Origin: Candidatus Aminicenantales bacterium
GTDB lineage: Bacteria; Acidobacteriota; Aminicenantia; Aminicenantales; UBA4085
Direction: 5' to 3'
DNA length: 64,000 nt
Assembly (NCBI GenBank): GCA_049697115.1
Contig: JBAVVD010000002.1
Location: 4,105-68,104 of the forward strand
The stretch's first letter is position 1, and each line of letters begins with the position of its first letter. The translations under genes and the position numbers were made by a program. The notes beneath the pieces are model-generated. The model was not told the origin of the DNA. It saw only the letters and a list, made by a program, of their open reading frames with translations, and ran no database searches. Below are positions 21,787 to 33,290 of the stretch, in pieces.

Positions 21787-23628
21787 ATGAAGGATAAAAA
21801 AATATGGGCTTTTTTTATCGGCCTGGTTCTGATTGTTCCCAGCTTTTTGTTTTCTGCCCAGACAGAGGAGATTGCCAAAAAACTTGAAGAAAACAAAGCC
21901 GGAATTCTTTCTCTCATTGTCTACGGAAGCGACAAGCAGGAGATGGCGCGGGGCAGCGCTCTGGCCGTAAGTGAGGGGATTGTGGCCACCTCCTATCACT
22001 TGGTCAGTCAGGCGGCGCAAGTGGAGGCTTTTAATTTTAAACAAAAAAAGGTCAAAGTGGAGGGCATCATTTCCTTTGATAAAAATACGGACATCGCCCT
22101 CCTTAATGTGAAAGGAAAGATATCCGCTCTTCCTATGGGGAATTTTAATTCCCTGTCTGTTGGGAAGAAAGTCTACGCGATGGGCGTCAATCCGCTGGAG
22201 GAAATTGAGTTCAAGGAGGGATCGATCAAGGGGATTCTTGAGTTTTCGGCTGCCCAAAAATTTGCGGACCTGACTCTGGATGTTCAAGAGTCATTTACCG
22301 GGGCTCCGGTTTGCGATGAGAGTGGCCTGACTGTGGGCCTTCTGATTATCATTGAAAAGAAATTAAAGTTCATCGTTCCTATCCAGAATGTTCAGGCACT
22401 GCCCAAGACAGGTGAAGGAACCCCCTTCAAGAAATGGACAGCCGACAATTATCTGGCCACGATGGAAGGCGCATATCTCGTGGGAAAGCTCTATGCGCTG
22501 ACTAATGATTATTGGGGGGCCCAGAGATATCTGGATAAGGTGATTCAATTGAATCCTAAAAACCTGGAAGTCCATATCCTTATGGCCTCCATATTGGACA
22601 GTCAGCGCAACTATCAAGCCGCTTTAACCGCCTATAATAAAATCATTGCGCTCGATCCTGGCAATGCCGATGCCTACTCCAAACTGGGCCAGGTTTACCT
22701 AAAAATGCAGCGTTTGGATGAGGCTGTGGATGCCTTCAAAAAGGCAGTGGAACTCAATCCCAACAACAAACAAGTTCTTTTTTATCTGGGGAATGCCTTT
22801 GAGGAAAACAGGGATTTTGCCAAGGCCGCAGAGGCCTATGAACAATACGTCGGCACACAACCAGATAACGCCTGGAAAGCGTACCGGCAGCTTGGCCTGT
22901 GCCGTCTGAATCTCAACCAGTATGAGAAGGCCATTGCGGCCTTTTTAGAGGCCTTGAAAGGCCAGCCAGAGGATTTCAAGTCCAATTACAATCTGGCCGA
23001 AGCCTATGAAAAAGCGGGACAATTTGAGAAGGCGGAAGAAGTCTATCATTTTTTAATCAAGAAGTACCCTTCAGATGCGGAATCCTATTACAAAATGATC
23101 ATCCTCATGTATGACAGGGCGGGGATGAATGCCAAGGCTGTCGATGCGGCAAAAAAGCTTGTCGAGCTCAATCCAAAGAACGAAGAGTATATTTATAACC
23201 TGGGCATTATGTATTTCAAAATAGAAAAATATCAGGAAGCGATTGAAGCCTTCCAGAAGGCCGCTGCGCTAAAACCGAACTACGACTATGCCTACTATCA
23301 GATTGGCTTTTCCTACCAGAGGATGAAGAAATACAAGGAATCCATTGAGGCCTTCCAAGAGTATGTGGGACTCGTCCCCAACAGTCCGGACGGTTGGTTC
23401 AGCATCGGGATTAACCATATGTTTCTCAAAGATTTTAATGGGGCGCTGGAGCCGCTGCGGAAATGCCTGGAGATTGACCCCGGCTACCAGGGAGGCGTCG
23501 CGTATTACAATCTGGGCATTGTTTATCTGAACTTGAGAGACAGATACAGCGCCATTGAAGTGCATAAAAAATTAGCGGCCATATCGCCAGACCTGGCCAA
23601 TAAATTAAAAGCCCTGATCTACAAATAA
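21787..23628 (+). CDS. secreted trypsin-like peptidase domain fused to a long TPR-repeat array
   Basis: Signal peptide, His (TSYHLV) and Asp (DIALL) of a chymotrypsin fold, then at least 10 TPR repeats. No canonical GxSGG is evident. Confidence 0.65.
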   Translation: MKDKKIWAFFIGLVLIVPSFLFSAQTEEIAKKLEENKAGILSLIVYGSDKQEMARGSALAVSEGIVATSYHLVSQAAQVEAFNFKQKKVKVEGIISFDKNTDIALLNVKGKISALPMGNFNSLSVGKKVYAMGVNPLEEIEFKEGSIKGILEFSAAQKFADLTLDVQESFTGAPVCDESGLTVGLLIIIEKKLKFIVPIQNVQALPKTGEGTPFKKWTADNYLATMEGAYLVGKLYALTNDYWGAQRYLDKVIQLNPKNLEVHILMASILDSQRNYQAALTAYNKIIALDPGNADAYSKLGQVYLKMQRLDEAVDAFKKAVELNPNNKQVLFYLGNAFEENRDFAKAAEAYEQYVGTQPDNAWKAYRQLGLCRLNLNQYEKAIAAFLEALKGQPEDFKSNYNLAEAYEKAGQFEKAEEVYHFLIKKYPSDAESYYKMIILMYDRAGMNAKAVDAAKKLVELNPKNEEYIYNLGIMYFKIEKYQEAIEAFQKAAALKPNYDYAYYQIGFSYQRMKKYKESIEAFQEYVGLVPNSPDGWFSIGINHMFLKDFNGALEPLRKCLEIDPGYQGGVAYYNLGIVYLNLRDRYSAIEVHKKLAAISPDLANKLKALIYK

Positions 23629-23766
23629 CCGCATCCATTCCTCTGTTGTGAGAAATGGATCTGAGGTGTCCACTTTTCAACTTTAAATGAGGCAGGATAC
23701 CCAAAATCGATAGAAATAAAAGAATGTGGCTAACAGAAACAGATATCCAGGAGAAAATATATAGAA

Positions 23767-23851
23767 GGGCAGGTGGCGGAATTGGCAGACGCGCTAGGCT
23801 TAGGACCTAGTTCCTGATGAGGGAGTGCGGGTTCGACTCCCGCTCTGCCCA
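23767..23851 (+). tRNA. tRNA-Leu, anticodon TAG
   Basis: Hand-folded cloverleaf: a 7-bp acceptor stem, anticodon loop CTTAGGA, a long variable arm and T-arm GCGGG-TTCGACT-CCCGC. CCA is not encoded. Confidence 0.85.
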
Positions 23852-23921
23852 TTCTCTGTCGTCTGAGATGTATCCAAATATATTTTGAGCTTAATCTCAG
23901 AGCTCCGAAAGGAAGTCAGGA

Positions 23922-25214
23922 ATGGAAACACGGTTGAAGATCGGGACCTTAAAAAGCAACGTCAAGACTATTGGCATCACTCAGAGAGAGATTGAAGCTG
24001 AACTCCAGGCGGAAGACGCCCATCAAGAGTTCAATAAGATCGTCAATCAGTACGCCCAGAAGGTTAAGATCAAAGGATTTAGAACGGGCAAGGCGCCGCA
24101 GGAAATGGTCCGAAAGATGTTCTTTCCCGAAATTCAAAAATCCTTGATGGATGCCGTCGTTCCTCAAATTCTCAAGGAGATCCTGGAAAGCCAGAACATT
24201 GATCCGGTCGGCCTTCCCGTGATTCAGGAATTCTCCTATGAAGAGGGAAAGCCCCTTCGTTTTAAAGCCAAAGTGGATGTTTGGCCAGATTTTGAACTCC
24301 CCGAATATAAAGGAATTAAGGTGAATGGAAAAAAGACGCATGTCGAGGACGAGGAGATCCAGAAGAGTCTTGAAGAGTTACGCCAGAAGGCGGCCGAATA
24401 CATTCCGGTGGAGGGGAGGGGAGTGACTGAAGGAGATTATGTGGTGGTTGAACTCCAGGGAAAAGATCAAAAAACAGGAAAGCGGCTGCCGGCAGAAAAA
24501 ATGGTTGTCTTGGCCGGCCATCCAGAGAACGAGAAAATTCTCAATGAAAGCCTGCTGGGCTTGAAACCTCAAGAAAAGAGAAATTTTACTCAGGCCTATC
24601 CGCCAGACCACGGAAATAAAAAACTGGCCGGAAAGGACATCGAATACGTTCTTCACGTGGTCTCCATTAAGGAGAAACAGCTCCCTGAGCTCAACGATGA
24701 GTTTGCCAAAAACTTTGGCAAATACGAACACTTGAGTGATTTAAAAGAAAAGGTCAAAGAAGAGCTATTCCGGGCCAAAGAAAATGCCGGAAAGAAAGAA
24801 ATGGCTGAGGCCATTCTTCAAATCCTATCGGACCGGACGCCAATGGAACTCCCTGAGAGTGCTGTGGAACAGGAAACTCTGGCCCTTCTGGAGAAACTTC
24901 TTTCTTCTTATTCTCAGCGAGATTTGGGGAAAGACCAGTTCGGCCAATTGAAAGCACAGGCAAGGAAACAGGCAGAGTTGTTATTAAAGAAGAATCTCAT
25001 ACTCCGCAAAATAACCGAGAAAGAAGCCATCGCGGTGAGCGAAGAAGAAATTGACCAGGAAATCAGAGCCCTGGCCCATGCCAATAATCTGCCCCTCTCC
25101 CAGGTCATAGAGAGTATTAACCAGGGAGGGAAGCGGGAGAACCTGAGGAGCAGCCTCCTCTATAAAAAGGCAGTTGACTTTTTGCTCAAAAAGGCTATAA
25201 TAAGTTATCAATAA
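23922..25214 (+). CDS. tig: trigger factor
   Basis: 430 aa with a ribosome-binding N-terminal domain and a central PPIase region; it sits upstream of clpP-clpX. Confidence 0.9.
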   Translation: METRLKIGTLKSNVKTIGITQREIEAELQAEDAHQEFNKIVNQYAQKVKIKGFRTGKAPQEMVRKMFFPEIQKSLMDAVVPQILKEILESQNIDPVGLPVIQEFSYEEGKPLRFKAKVDVWPDFELPEYKGIKVNGKKTHVEDEEIQKSLEELRQKAAEYIPVEGRGVTEGDYVVVELQGKDQKTGKRLPAEKMVVLAGHPENEKILNESLLGLKPQEKRNFTQAYPPDHGNKKLAGKDIEYVLHVVSIKEKQLPELNDEFAKNFGKYEHLSDLKEKVKEELFRAKENAGKKEMAEAILQILSDRTPMELPESAVEQETLALLEKLLSSYSQRDLGKDQFGQLKAQARKQAELLLKKNLILRKITEKEAIAVSEEEIDQEIRALAHANNLPLSQVIESINQGGKRENLRSSLLYKKAVDFLLKKAIISYQ

Positions 25215-25222
25215 ACAATCTC

Positions 25223-25819
25223 ATGACTTTAATCCCCTTTATAGTCGAGCAGGATGGAAGGACTGAGCGAGCCTATGATATTTATTCCAGGCTTCTCAAG
25301 GATAAGATCGTATTTTTAGGAACTGAAATCGATGATGATGTGGCCAATTCCGTTATTGCCCAACTTCTCTATCTGGAAGCTGAAAATCCGGAGAAGGAGA
25401 TCTCGCTGTATATCAATTCCCCGGGCGGGAGTATCACGTCAGGCCTGGCCATATATGACACCATGCAGTTAATAACTTCTGATATATCAACAATTTGTGT
25501 TGGGCAAGCAGCCAGTATGGCGGCCGTCCTCCTGGCCTCCGGAACTCCAGGGAAGCGCTTATCCCTTCCGAATTCTCGGATCATACTTCATCAGCCATTT
25601 GGAGGATATCAAGGACAGGCCTCGGACATCGCTATCCAGGCGAAAGAAATTCTTCGCATCAGAGAGAGTATCTACCAGATTTTAACGAAGCACACACGAC
25701 AGGCCAAGTCGAAAATCCAGGCGGACATTGAACGGGACTTTATCATGACCGCTGTCCAGGCAAAGGAATACGGATTGATCGATCAAATTATCACTTCGAG
25801 ATCCCAGTCAAAAAAATAA
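25223..25819 (+). CDS. clpP: ATP-dependent Clp protease proteolytic subunit
   Basis: [20 protein letters not shown] motif and the catalytic Ser/His/Asp pattern. Confidence 0.95.
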   Translation: MTLIPFIVEQDGRTERAYDIYSRLLKDKIVFLGTEIDDDVANSVIAQLLYLEAENPEKEISLYINSPGGSITSGLAIYDTMQLITSDISTICVGQAASMAAVLLASGTPGKRLSLPNSRIILHQPFGGYQGQASDIAIQAKEILRIRESIYQILTKHTRQAKSKIQADIERDFIMTAVQAKEYGLIDQIITSRSQSKK

Positions 25820-25873
25820 GCTCTTTGGCTTTTCACTTCTAAAGGCATGGATCAGACATAAACAGAGATTCAA

Positions 25874-27130
25874 ATGGATGATCGTTATCAACAAAAAGTG
25901 AGCCCTGCGGTGAAGTGCAATTTCTGCCACCGCAGTCAGACGCAAGTCAAGAGGTTGATTGCCGGTCCAGATGGTGTATTTATTTGTGACAATTGCGTCG
26001 AAATGGCCCACTCCATCATTAAGGCGGATAGAACCAAAACTGAAGAGAAAAAGCAGAGAACGGATTTTCCCAAACCGGACGAAATCAAGGCCGCTCTGGA
26101 TGAATACATCATAGGTCAAGAGCAGGCCAAAAAGAAAATCTCTGTGGCTGTGTATAATCATTACAAGCGAATCCGCCTCTCCAGGAATGAGACGGATGTT
26201 GAGATCACCAAAAGCAATATCCTTCTGATCGGCCCCACCGGGACAGGGAAAACCCTCATGGCCCAGACTCTGGCCCGGATTTTATCCGTGCCTTTTGCGA
26301 TGGCGGATGCCACCTGCCTGACAGAAGCCGGATATGTCGGGGAGGACGTGGAAAATATCATCTTCAAGCTGTTCCAGGCGGCGAAAGGAAACATTTCCCA
26401 GACTCAAAAAGGAATTATCTATATCGATGAAATCGATAAGATCAGCCGAAAAAGTGACAATCCTTCGATTACCCGGGATGTTTCGGGAGAAGGAGTTCAA
26501 CAAGCCCTTCTTAAGATCATTGAGGGTACGGTGGCCAACATTCCTCCTCAGGGAGGACGGAAGCATCCTTACCAGGAATTTGTCCCTATTGACACAACGG
26601 ATATTCTGTTTATTTGTGGAGGGGCCTTTGTCGGGCTGGACAAGATTATTGCCCAACGGATTGGAAAGACAGTGGTGGGTTTTAAAGCGAACCTGATGTC
26701 CAGAAAATCCGAACCGCCTGGCGGCCTCTGGGAGGAGATTATCCCGCAGGACCTTATCAAATTCGGCCTGATCCCCGAGCTTGTCGGTAGAATTCCCGTT
26801 GTGGCCAATTTTTCCGACCTGGACATTCAGGACCTTGTCCATATCCTGACCCGGCCGAAAAACGCTTTGATCAAACAATACCAAAAGCTTTTTGAGCTGG
26901 AAGGCGTCGAGCTGGAGTTTACAGATGAAGCCCTTCTGGTTATAGCCAGGAACTCCATGGAAAAAAAGCTGGGGGCGCGAGGCTTGAGGTCTATCATCGA
27001 AGATTTGATGCTGGATATTATGTTCCATTTGCCTTCGGCCAAAAGATCTGCCAGGATCAAGATCACAAAGAAGATGGTCGAGGAAAAAGAACTGAGCTTT
27101 GAACGCATCCGAGAGGCGACTGGAGTTTAA
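25874..27130 (+). CDS. clpX: ATP-dependent Clp protease ATP-binding subunit ClpX
   Basis: N-terminal C4 zinc finger (CNFCHRS...CDNC), Walker A GPTGTGKT and the ClpX IGF-loop region. Confidence 0.95.
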   Translation: MDDRYQQKVSPAVKCNFCHRSQTQVKRLIAGPDGVFICDNCVEMAHSIIKADRTKTEEKKQRTDFPKPDEIKAALDEYIIGQEQAKKKISVAVYNHYKRIRLSRNETDVEITKSNILLIGPTGTGKTLMAQTLARILSVPFAMADATCLTEAGYVGEDVENIIFKLFQAAKGNISQTQKGIIYIDEIDKISRKSDNPSITRDVSGEGVQQALLKIIEGTVANIPPQGGRKHPYQEFVPIDTTDILFICGGAFVGLDKIIAQRIGKTVVGFKANLMSRKSEPPGGLWEEIIPQDLIKFGLIPELVGRIPVVANFSDLDIQDLVHILTRPKNALIKQYQKLFELEGVELEFTDEALLVIARNSMEKKLGARGLRSIIEDLMLDIMFHLPSAKRSARIKITKKMVEEKELSFERIREATGV

Positions 27131-27131
27131 C

Positions 27132-29579
27132 ATGCAAAATTCAAACGAACAATTGGAAGTGATGAAGAATGTCCCACTCATTCCTCTACGGGATTTAGTG
27201 ATTTTCCCCTCCACGCTGGTCCCGTTCATTATTGGCCGGTCCTCTTCCATTCAGGCACTGGAGAAGGCTTCCGAATCCGACAAAATCATCTTTCTCTCCG
27301 CGCAGATGGATGCCTCACTGGATAATCCAAGCCCGAAGGATATTTATTCTATGGGAGTCACCGCCAAGATCATCCGGACCGTCCAGATGGATGAGCGGAA
27401 TATCAAGGTGATTGTTGAGGGAAAGAAACGGGCGCGCATTCTTGAGTATGAGAGTACGTATCCTTTTTATCAGGTCCTGGTTAAGGAGATAAAAATATTT
27501 GAGGATCAGGGCCCGGAAAGCCGGGATATATTGAAACGGGTGCTGGCGTTCTTTGAAGAATATTTGCAGCTCAGCCAGACCACGAATTTTCAGTCCATTA
27601 TCCCCGCCTTGAGAGACCATACCCCCGATCGGATCGCCGACATCATCTCCTCTCATCTGTATCTTCCCATCGAGGAAAAGCAGAATTTACTGGAGACCAT
27701 CAATAGCCTGGAGCGGATCCGTCGGCTTCAATTTCTGCTGGAGAATGAAATCCTGAAGATTAATGCCGGCTTAAAAAAGGACGGCCAGAAAATGATCCGC
27801 CGCAGGATATCCTCGCGGGAAGGCGGGCCGAGTTTCTTTCCGCCGGGAGCTGGATTTCGCAAGGAAGATCAGCCCAATGAGATTGAAGAGCTCAAAAGAA
27901 AAGTGGCCCAGGCTAAGATGCCTCAGGATGCGGAAGAAAAAGCCTTTAAGGAGATCGAGCGGCTGGAATCTATGCCTCCGATGTCCGCCGAGGCCACCGT
28001 CTGCAGAAATTATCTGGATTGGCTGCTGTCTTTGCCGTGGATAAAAAAATCGCGTGAGAAAAGAGAAATCAAGGAAGCCGAAAAAATCCTCAATGAAGAC
28101 CATTATGGATTGGAGAAAGTGAAAGAACGGATTCTGGAATACCTCTCCATCCGCCAGTTGGTGAAGAACCCCAAGGGCGTCATTCTCGGCCTCATTGGCC
28201 CTCCGGGCGTGGGAAAGAGCTCTCTCGGGCGGTCCATTGCCCGGTCCACAGGGCGGAAGTTCGTTCGTCTTTCATTGGGCGGAGTTCGGGACGAGGCGGA
28301 AATCAGAGGACACAGGAGAACCTATATCGGTGCATATCCGGGAAGAATCATCCAGATGATCAAGAGAGCCGGAACGAAAAATCCTGTCTTTTTATTGGAC
28401 GAAGTGGATAAAATGAGCATGGACTTTCGAGGAGACCCTGCGTCCGCACTGATGGAAGTCCTGGATCCCGAGCAGAACGGCACTTTTCTCGACCATTATA
28501 TTGACACTGATTTCGATCTCTCCCAGGTCATGTTTATCGTTACAGCCAATATGATCGAGCCCATTCCCCGTCCGCTGATCGACCGGATGGAGATTATTCG
28601 CATTCCTGGATACACGGAAGATGAAAAACTGGAGATTGCAAAACAATTTCTTTGGCCCAAACAGATAAAGGCCCATGGTCTGACCGAGAAGAACCTTAAA
28701 ATCGCCGATCCAGCGATAATGAAAACGATCGACGAATACACCAGGGAAGCCGGTGTGCGGAATCTGGAGCGCGAGATCACCTCCATCTGCCGGAAAGTGG
28801 TGAAAAAAGTCATCGATAAAGGAAAGGACTATAAAGAGAGGGTCACCATTAAGACGTTGGAAGATTATCTGGGCGTGCCCAAGTACCGGCGGTCGGAAAT
28901 TGACAAAGAAGATGAAGTGGGCGTGGCCATTGGAATGGCCTGGACGGAGTTTGGCGGCGAACTGCTGACCTTCGAATCGACAAAAATGCACGGAAAGGGA
29001 AATTTTACGTTGACCGGACAGTTGGGCGAGATCATGCAGGAATCCGCTCAAGCGGCCTTCAGCTATGTCCGTGCCAAAGTGTTTGAGCTCAACATCGCCA
29101 GGGATATCCACAAAAATTTTGACATTCATATTCACGTGCCCGAAGGAGCTACTCCAAAGGAAGGCCCCTCAGCTGGAATTACGATAGCCATTTCGATTCT
29201 TTCGCTTTTGACGGAGATTCCCGTAAGCAAAAAAGTCGCTATGAGCGGCGAGATCACACTGAAAGGTAAGGTTTTGCCAATCGGCGGAATCAAGGAAAAG
29301 CTTCTGGCCGCACACCGGGAGGGCATCCATGAGGTGATTCTTCCGATGGACAATAAACCGGACCTGAAAGATGTGCCCAAAAATATTCTTCAGGATATAA
29401 AAATCCATCTGGTGCAAAATATGGACGAAGTCCTGAAAATTGTCCTGACCAAAGAGCTGCCGCACAAGCCGAAGGCCCGGAAACGAAGGAAGAAAAAAGA
29501 AGAGGTTGGCGTGACCCCAGAGATTCAGGAGAGGGGAGGGGAGAGCGAAAGCCCAAAAGAACCACTTTTAACTCATTGA
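27132..29579 (+). CDS. lon: Lon protease
   Basis: Lon N-terminal domain, Walker A GPPGVGKS, and catalytic PKEGPSAG plus K. The ATG lies 2 nt after the clpX stop. Confidence 0.95.
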   Translation: MQNSNEQLEVMKNVPLIPLRDLVIFPSTLVPFIIGRSSSIQALEKASESDKIIFLSAQMDASLDNPSPKDIYSMGVTAKIIRTVQMDERNIKVIVEGKKRARILEYESTYPFYQVLVKEIKIFEDQGPESRDILKRVLAFFEEYLQLSQTTNFQSIIPALRDHTPDRIADIISSHLYLPIEEKQNLLETINSLERIRRLQFLLENEILKINAGLKKDGQKMIRRRISSREGGPSFFPPGAGFRKEDQPNEIEELKRKVAQAKMPQDAEEKAFKEIERLESMPPMSAEATVCRNYLDWLLSLPWIKKSREKREIKEAEKILNEDHYGLEKVKERILEYLSIRQLVKNPKGVILGLIGPPGVGKSSLGRSIARSTGRKFVRLSLGGVRDEAEIRGHRRTYIGAYPGRIIQMIKRAGTKNPVFLLDEVDKMSMDFRGDPASALMEVLDPEQNGTFLDHYIDTDFDLSQVMFIVTANMIEPIPRPLIDRMEIIRIPGYTEDEKLEIAKQFLWPKQIKAHGLTEKNLKIADPAIMKTIDEYTREAGVRNLEREITSICRKVVKKVIDKGKDYKERVTIKTLEDYLGVPKYRRSEIDKEDEVGVAIGMAWTEFGGELLTFESTKMHGKGNFTLTGQLGEIMQESAQAAFSYVRAKVFELNIARDIHKNFDIHIHVPEGATPKEGPSAGITIAISILSLLTEIPVSKKVAMSGEITLKGKVLPIGGIKEKLLAAHREGIHEVILPMDNKPDLKDVPKNILQDIKIHLVQNMDEVLKIVLTKELPHKPKARKRRKKKEEVGVTPEIQERGGESESPKEPLLTH

Positions 29580-29697
29580 AAATAAAGCAATTAAATCATT
29601 TCATTTGTGTTCAATATTTTGTTTGAATCATACAAATCATATCAACATCAGGATGAGCGTTTGATGTTGGCAAATTCAAAATGACTGAGAGGTAAAA

Positions 29698-30978
29698 ATG
29701 AATGAGTTCAATATAGTTGACCTTGAAGAAAAAACAGCCAAGGAATTGGCAAAGGTTGCCGGCCAGATCGGCGTTTCTGAGGAGGAAATTGACAAAACGA
29801 ACAAACATAATCTGATTTTTAAAATTCTGGAGGCTCAGGCTAAAAAAAACGGCCTTCTGTTTTCAGAGGGAGTGCTGGAGTGCCTGGAAGATGGGTTCGG
29901 ATTTTTACGGGCGCCGGAATTCAGCTACTTGCCAAGCCAGGATGACATCTATGTTTCTCCTTCTCAAATCCGGAAATTCCAGCTCCGAACAGGGGATACC
30001 ATCTCCGGAATTGTGCGTCCGCCGAAGAATGGCGAAAAATATTTTGCCCTGATCAAGATCGAAGCGATCAATTTTGTCCATCCCGATGTCATTCTCGAGG
30101 ACCGGAGAAATGTCCATTTCGAGAGCCTGACACCTCTCTATCCCCATGAGAAAATCATGCTGCAAGACGGAAATCAGAAGAACCTGAATGCCCGGATCAT
30201 GGAACTCCTGACGCCTATCGGAAAAGGGCAGAGAGGCTTGATTGTCTCGCCGCCGCGCGCGGGGAAGACCACGCTGCTCAAGACGATAGCCAAATCTGTC
30301 GAGAAGAACCATCCGGAAATATTTCTCATTGTCCTTCTTGTGGCCGAGCGTCCAGAAGAAGTGACCGACTTTCAGAGAAGCGTCAACGGCGAAGTCGTTG
30401 CTTCCACATTCGACGAGCCGCCGGCGCGGAACGCCCAGGTGGCCAATATTGTCCTGGAAAAGGCCAAAAGGCTTGTGGAGATTAAAAGAGATGTGGTGAT
30501 CTTGCTGGACAGCATTACGCGTCTGGCCAGGGCCCACAACGCCATTATCCCGCCATCGGGAAAGGTCCTATCCGGAGGCATTGACGCTAATGCATTGAAT
30601 AAGCCAAAAAAGTTTTTCGGTTCTGCCCGAAAAATTGAAGAGGGGGGGAGCCTGACTATTATGGCCACCGCGCTGATCGATACCGGCAGCCGTATGGACG
30701 AGGTGATATTTGAAGAATTTAAAGGTACCGGCAATCTGGAAATCAACCTTGATCGGCGTCTGGTCGACAAAAGACTTTTTCCGGCCATTGACATCAGCCG
30801 ATCAGGGACACGCAAAGAAGAACTGTTGATTGAAGAGAACGAACTAAACCGGATCTGGATTCTGAGAAAAGTGCTCAGCCAGCTTGCCGAAGTGGATGCC
30901 ATGGAGCTGTTGATTGAAAAGATATCAAAGACAAAGACAAACGCCGACTTTCTGGGCGCTATGAGCAAAGGCCTGTAA
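29698..30978 (+). CDS. rho: transcription termination factor Rho
   Basis: N-terminal RNA-binding domain, Walker A GKT, and Q/R loops; 426 aa. Confidence 0.92.
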   Translation: MNEFNIVDLEEKTAKELAKVAGQIGVSEEEIDKTNKHNLIFKILEAQAKKNGLLFSEGVLECLEDGFGFLRAPEFSYLPSQDDIYVSPSQIRKFQLRTGDTISGIVRPPKNGEKYFALIKIEAINFVHPDVILEDRRNVHFESLTPLYPHEKIMLQDGNQKNLNARIMELLTPIGKGQRGLIVSPPRAGKTTLLKTIAKSVEKNHPEIFLIVLLVAERPEEVTDFQRSVNGEVVASTFDEPPARNAQVANIVLEKAKRLVEIKRDVVILLDSITRLARAHNAIIPPSGKVLSGGIDANALNKPKKFFGSARKIEEGGSLTIMATALIDTGSRMDEVIFEEFKGTGNLEINLDRRLVDKRLFPAIDISRSGTRKEELLIEENELNRIWILRKVLSQLAEVDAMELLIEKISKTKTNADFLGAMSKGL

Positions 30979-31171
30979 ACAGAATATCCTGACTTCTGAA
31001 AGGAATTCTTTCCTAATAATTAAGTTATTGTCGATAAGGAACAAATCTTTTTAAATTCCCTTAAAATTTAATCATAAAATATATTTGCTTGTCGGAATAT
31101 TATGTGGAATATTTTAGGTTAAAGGCTTTTTGATTAATATATCGATTAAAGCAAAATTGACAATTCTTTAT

Positions 31172-31192
31172 CTAGCCTGGATTTCCACGGAC
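31172..31192. repeat. left IS terminal inverted repeat: CTAGCCTGGATTTCCACGGAC
   Basis: Its exact reverse complement is found at 33270-33290. Confidence 0.85.
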
Positions 31193-31455
31193 GGATATTA
31201 AGCTAAGAGAGTTCCAAATTATCGTCTCTGAGAACGATTCCCAAAGCCAATGTTTCTTGAGGAAATTGATCTCGAAAGCTTCCTTTCGGTTTTATCCTTT
31301 GCTTAGTCAAAAGGTGCACTGTAAAGAAAGAAAATATGTATTATCATTCCGTTTTGTATGAGCACCATGATCTGCGTATCCAAAGGTAAACTGAGCATTT
31401 ACTCCCTATTTCCCCCATATCAACAGTATCAACCTATTGCGGCTAAAAAATCGAC

Positions 31456-33231
31456 TTGACACAGCATATTGTATATGATATTGTTTTATTTGTGGCAATC
31501 AGACAACCAAAAGACCTAAGTCAATGCCGCCGCTTCTTCCTTGAACCCCGTCACCCCAAACACCGCATCTATGAGGCTCTGCGGGCCTATTTCGTCGAAG
31601 GCCGCCCACCCAAAGAGGTCGCCCGGGCCCTTGGCTATTCCGTCGGCTCTTTCCATGTCTTGTGCCACCACTTCCGCCGGGATCCCGACCCCGTCTTTTT
31701 TGCCTCTCCACGACCTGGCCCGCGTTCGCAGCCGAAAAAGTCTGCCGCTCGCGAGCTCATCATCTCCCTTCGCAAGCAGAACTACTCGGTCTATGAGATC
31801 AGCCAGACGTTGAAGGAGAAAAACTGTCCCTTGAGTCCCACCGCGGTGCGCGAAGTGTTGAAAGAGGAGGGGTTTGCTCCGCTGCCCCGACGCTTGGATG
31901 AGGAACGTCCCTCCTATGCCCGGCCGACCATTGAGCCTGTGGCTGACGTCCGTGCCTTTTCGCTTGAGCCACGCTCTTGGGTGACCCGCTGTGGCGGGCT
32001 GTTTCTCTTTGTTCCCGATTTGGTCCGCTTCGATGTCGCCCGGCTGGCGGTGTCCGCCCATCTTCCGGGCTCGACGATGATACCTGCAGAGCACGCCTTG
32101 CGCGCCTGCTTGGCGCTGAAACTCTGGTCTGTGGAGCGCAAAAGCCATGTGATGGCCCTGGCCGCTGATGAAGGGCTGGCTCTCTTTACGGGATTGAATG
32201 CCATTCCCAAGAAAAGTTTCCTTACGGAATACTCTTCCCGCTTGGATCACTCCAAGACCACGCGCCTCCTGGCCGCCTGGCACGAACAGCTGTTGGGAGC
32301 AGGTTATTTCCCCGGCACATCATTCAATCTCGATTTCCATTCTGTGCCGTACTATGGCGAGTCTCCCCAGGTGGAGCGTCACTACGTCTCAGCGCGCAGC
32401 CGGCGTCAGGCCAGCATTCTGGTCTTTCTAGCCCAGGATGCCGAAGGGCAGACGTTCTGTTATTCCAATGCGGATTTGCGAAAAGGAGAGGAATCGGAAG
32501 AGGTCTTCCGTTTCATCTCGTTCTGGAAACACACTCATGGCCAACTGCCACGCCAGCTGGTCTTCGATTCCCGGCTGACAACGCAGGCCAAGTTGGCCAA
32601 GCTGGATACGATGGGCATCGATTTCATCACACTCCGGCGTCGGTCTCCAAAAGTCCTCAAGGACATCGTTTGTCTACCGCGCTCAGCCTGGCGGGTCATT
32701 GAACTGGATATCCCGACCCGCAAGTATCGCACGCCCCGCTTCTACGAACAGACGGTTCGTCTGGCCGGTCATGACTTCCGACAGCTTTACATCCAGGACC
32801 TGGGACACGAAGATCCCACCGTTCTCCTCACTAACCAGCGGCGGACCTCAGTCAAACAGCTAATCACGCGCTATGCCCACAGGATGTTGATCGAAAATGC
32901 CCTCTCAGATGCTGTCCGTTTTTTCCATCTGGATGCTCTTTCCTCGGCGGTCGGCCTGAAGGTGGATTTTGACATGGCTTTGCTCGTCATGGCCAGCGCC
33001 CTCTACCGTCTGTTGGCGCGGCGGATGAGGGGTTATTCCGATGCCCAGGCCCGTCATCTCTTTCGCGACATCATTGATATTCCTGCTGATGTGAGGATCG
33101 AAGGACGCGAAGTCGAGGTCAAGTTTCACCGCCGCTCTCACCTCCCGATCATCCTGGCCTCAGGACTCATGGATCAACCTGTGCTGGTGCCTTGGTGGAA
33201 TGGATTATCATTGAGACTGACAGCTTCTTGA
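31456..33231 (+). CDS. IS transposase (591 aa); the true start is uncertain
   Basis: A single ORF fills the space between the inverted repeats and has an N-terminal HTH-like region (YSVYEISQTLK). I cannot verify a DDE triad by eye. Confidence 0.65.
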   Translation: MTQHIVYDIVLFVAIRQPKDLSQCRRFFLEPRHPKHRIYEALRAYFVEGRPPKEVARALGYSVGSFHVLCHHFRRDPDPVFFASPRPGPRSQPKKSAARELIISLRKQNYSVYEISQTLKEKNCPLSPTAVREVLKEEGFAPLPRRLDEERPSYARPTIEPVADVRAFSLEPRSWVTRCGGLFLFVPDLVRFDVARLAVSAHLPGSTMIPAEHALRACLALKLWSVERKSHVMALAADEGLALFTGLNAIPKKSFLTEYSSRLDHSKTTRLLAAWHEQLLGAGYFPGTSFNLDFHSVPYYGESPQVERHYVSARSRRQASILVFLAQDAEGQTFCYSNADLRKGEESEEVFRFISFWKHTHGQLPRQLVFDSRLTTQAKLAKLDTMGIDFITLRRRSPKVLKDIVCLPRSAWRVIELDIPTRKYRTPRFYEQTVRLAGHDFRQLYIQDLGHEDPTVLLTNQRRTSVKQLITRYAHRMLIENALSDAVRFFHLDALSSAVGLKVDFDMALLVMASALYRLLARRMRGYSDAQARHLFRDIIDIPADVRIEGREVEVKFHRRSHLPIILASGLMDQPVLVPWWNGLSLRLTAS

Positions 33232-33269
33232 AACGCTGCCCAAACTTATGGATACTTAGGTGAATAGTT

Positions 33270-33290
33270 GTCCGTGGAAATCCAGGCTAG
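33270..33290. repeat. right IS terminal inverted repeat
   Basis: Reverse complement of 31172-31192, matching 21 of 21 positions. Confidence 0.85.

Larger units (their letters stand above)
31172..33290 (+). mobile_element. insertion sequence, family undetermined (size is compatible with IS1634-, ISLre2- or ISKra4-like groups); 2119 bp
   Basis: Perfect 21-bp terminal inverted repeats, a single large transposase ORF, GC content far above the AT-rich flanks, and TAT on both flanks. Confidence 0.8.

Noticed and set aside
21724-22287. 187-aa minus-strand ORF overlapping the start of the protease-TPR gene
   Set aside because: It overlaps a well-supported plus-strand gene and the promoter region, and has no motif.
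29580-29697. Hairpin CAACATCA...TGATGTTG upstream of rho as a possible regulatory RNA
   Set aside because: A single 8-bp inverted repeat in an AT-rich leader is consistent with the known long structured rho leaders and gives no specific evidence.
31516-32283. Long minus-strand ORFs inside the IS (255 aa, 98 aa and 70 aa)
   Set aside because: They lie antisense to the transposase in a high-GC segment, where stop codons are rare, and they carry no motifs. I treat them as spurious.
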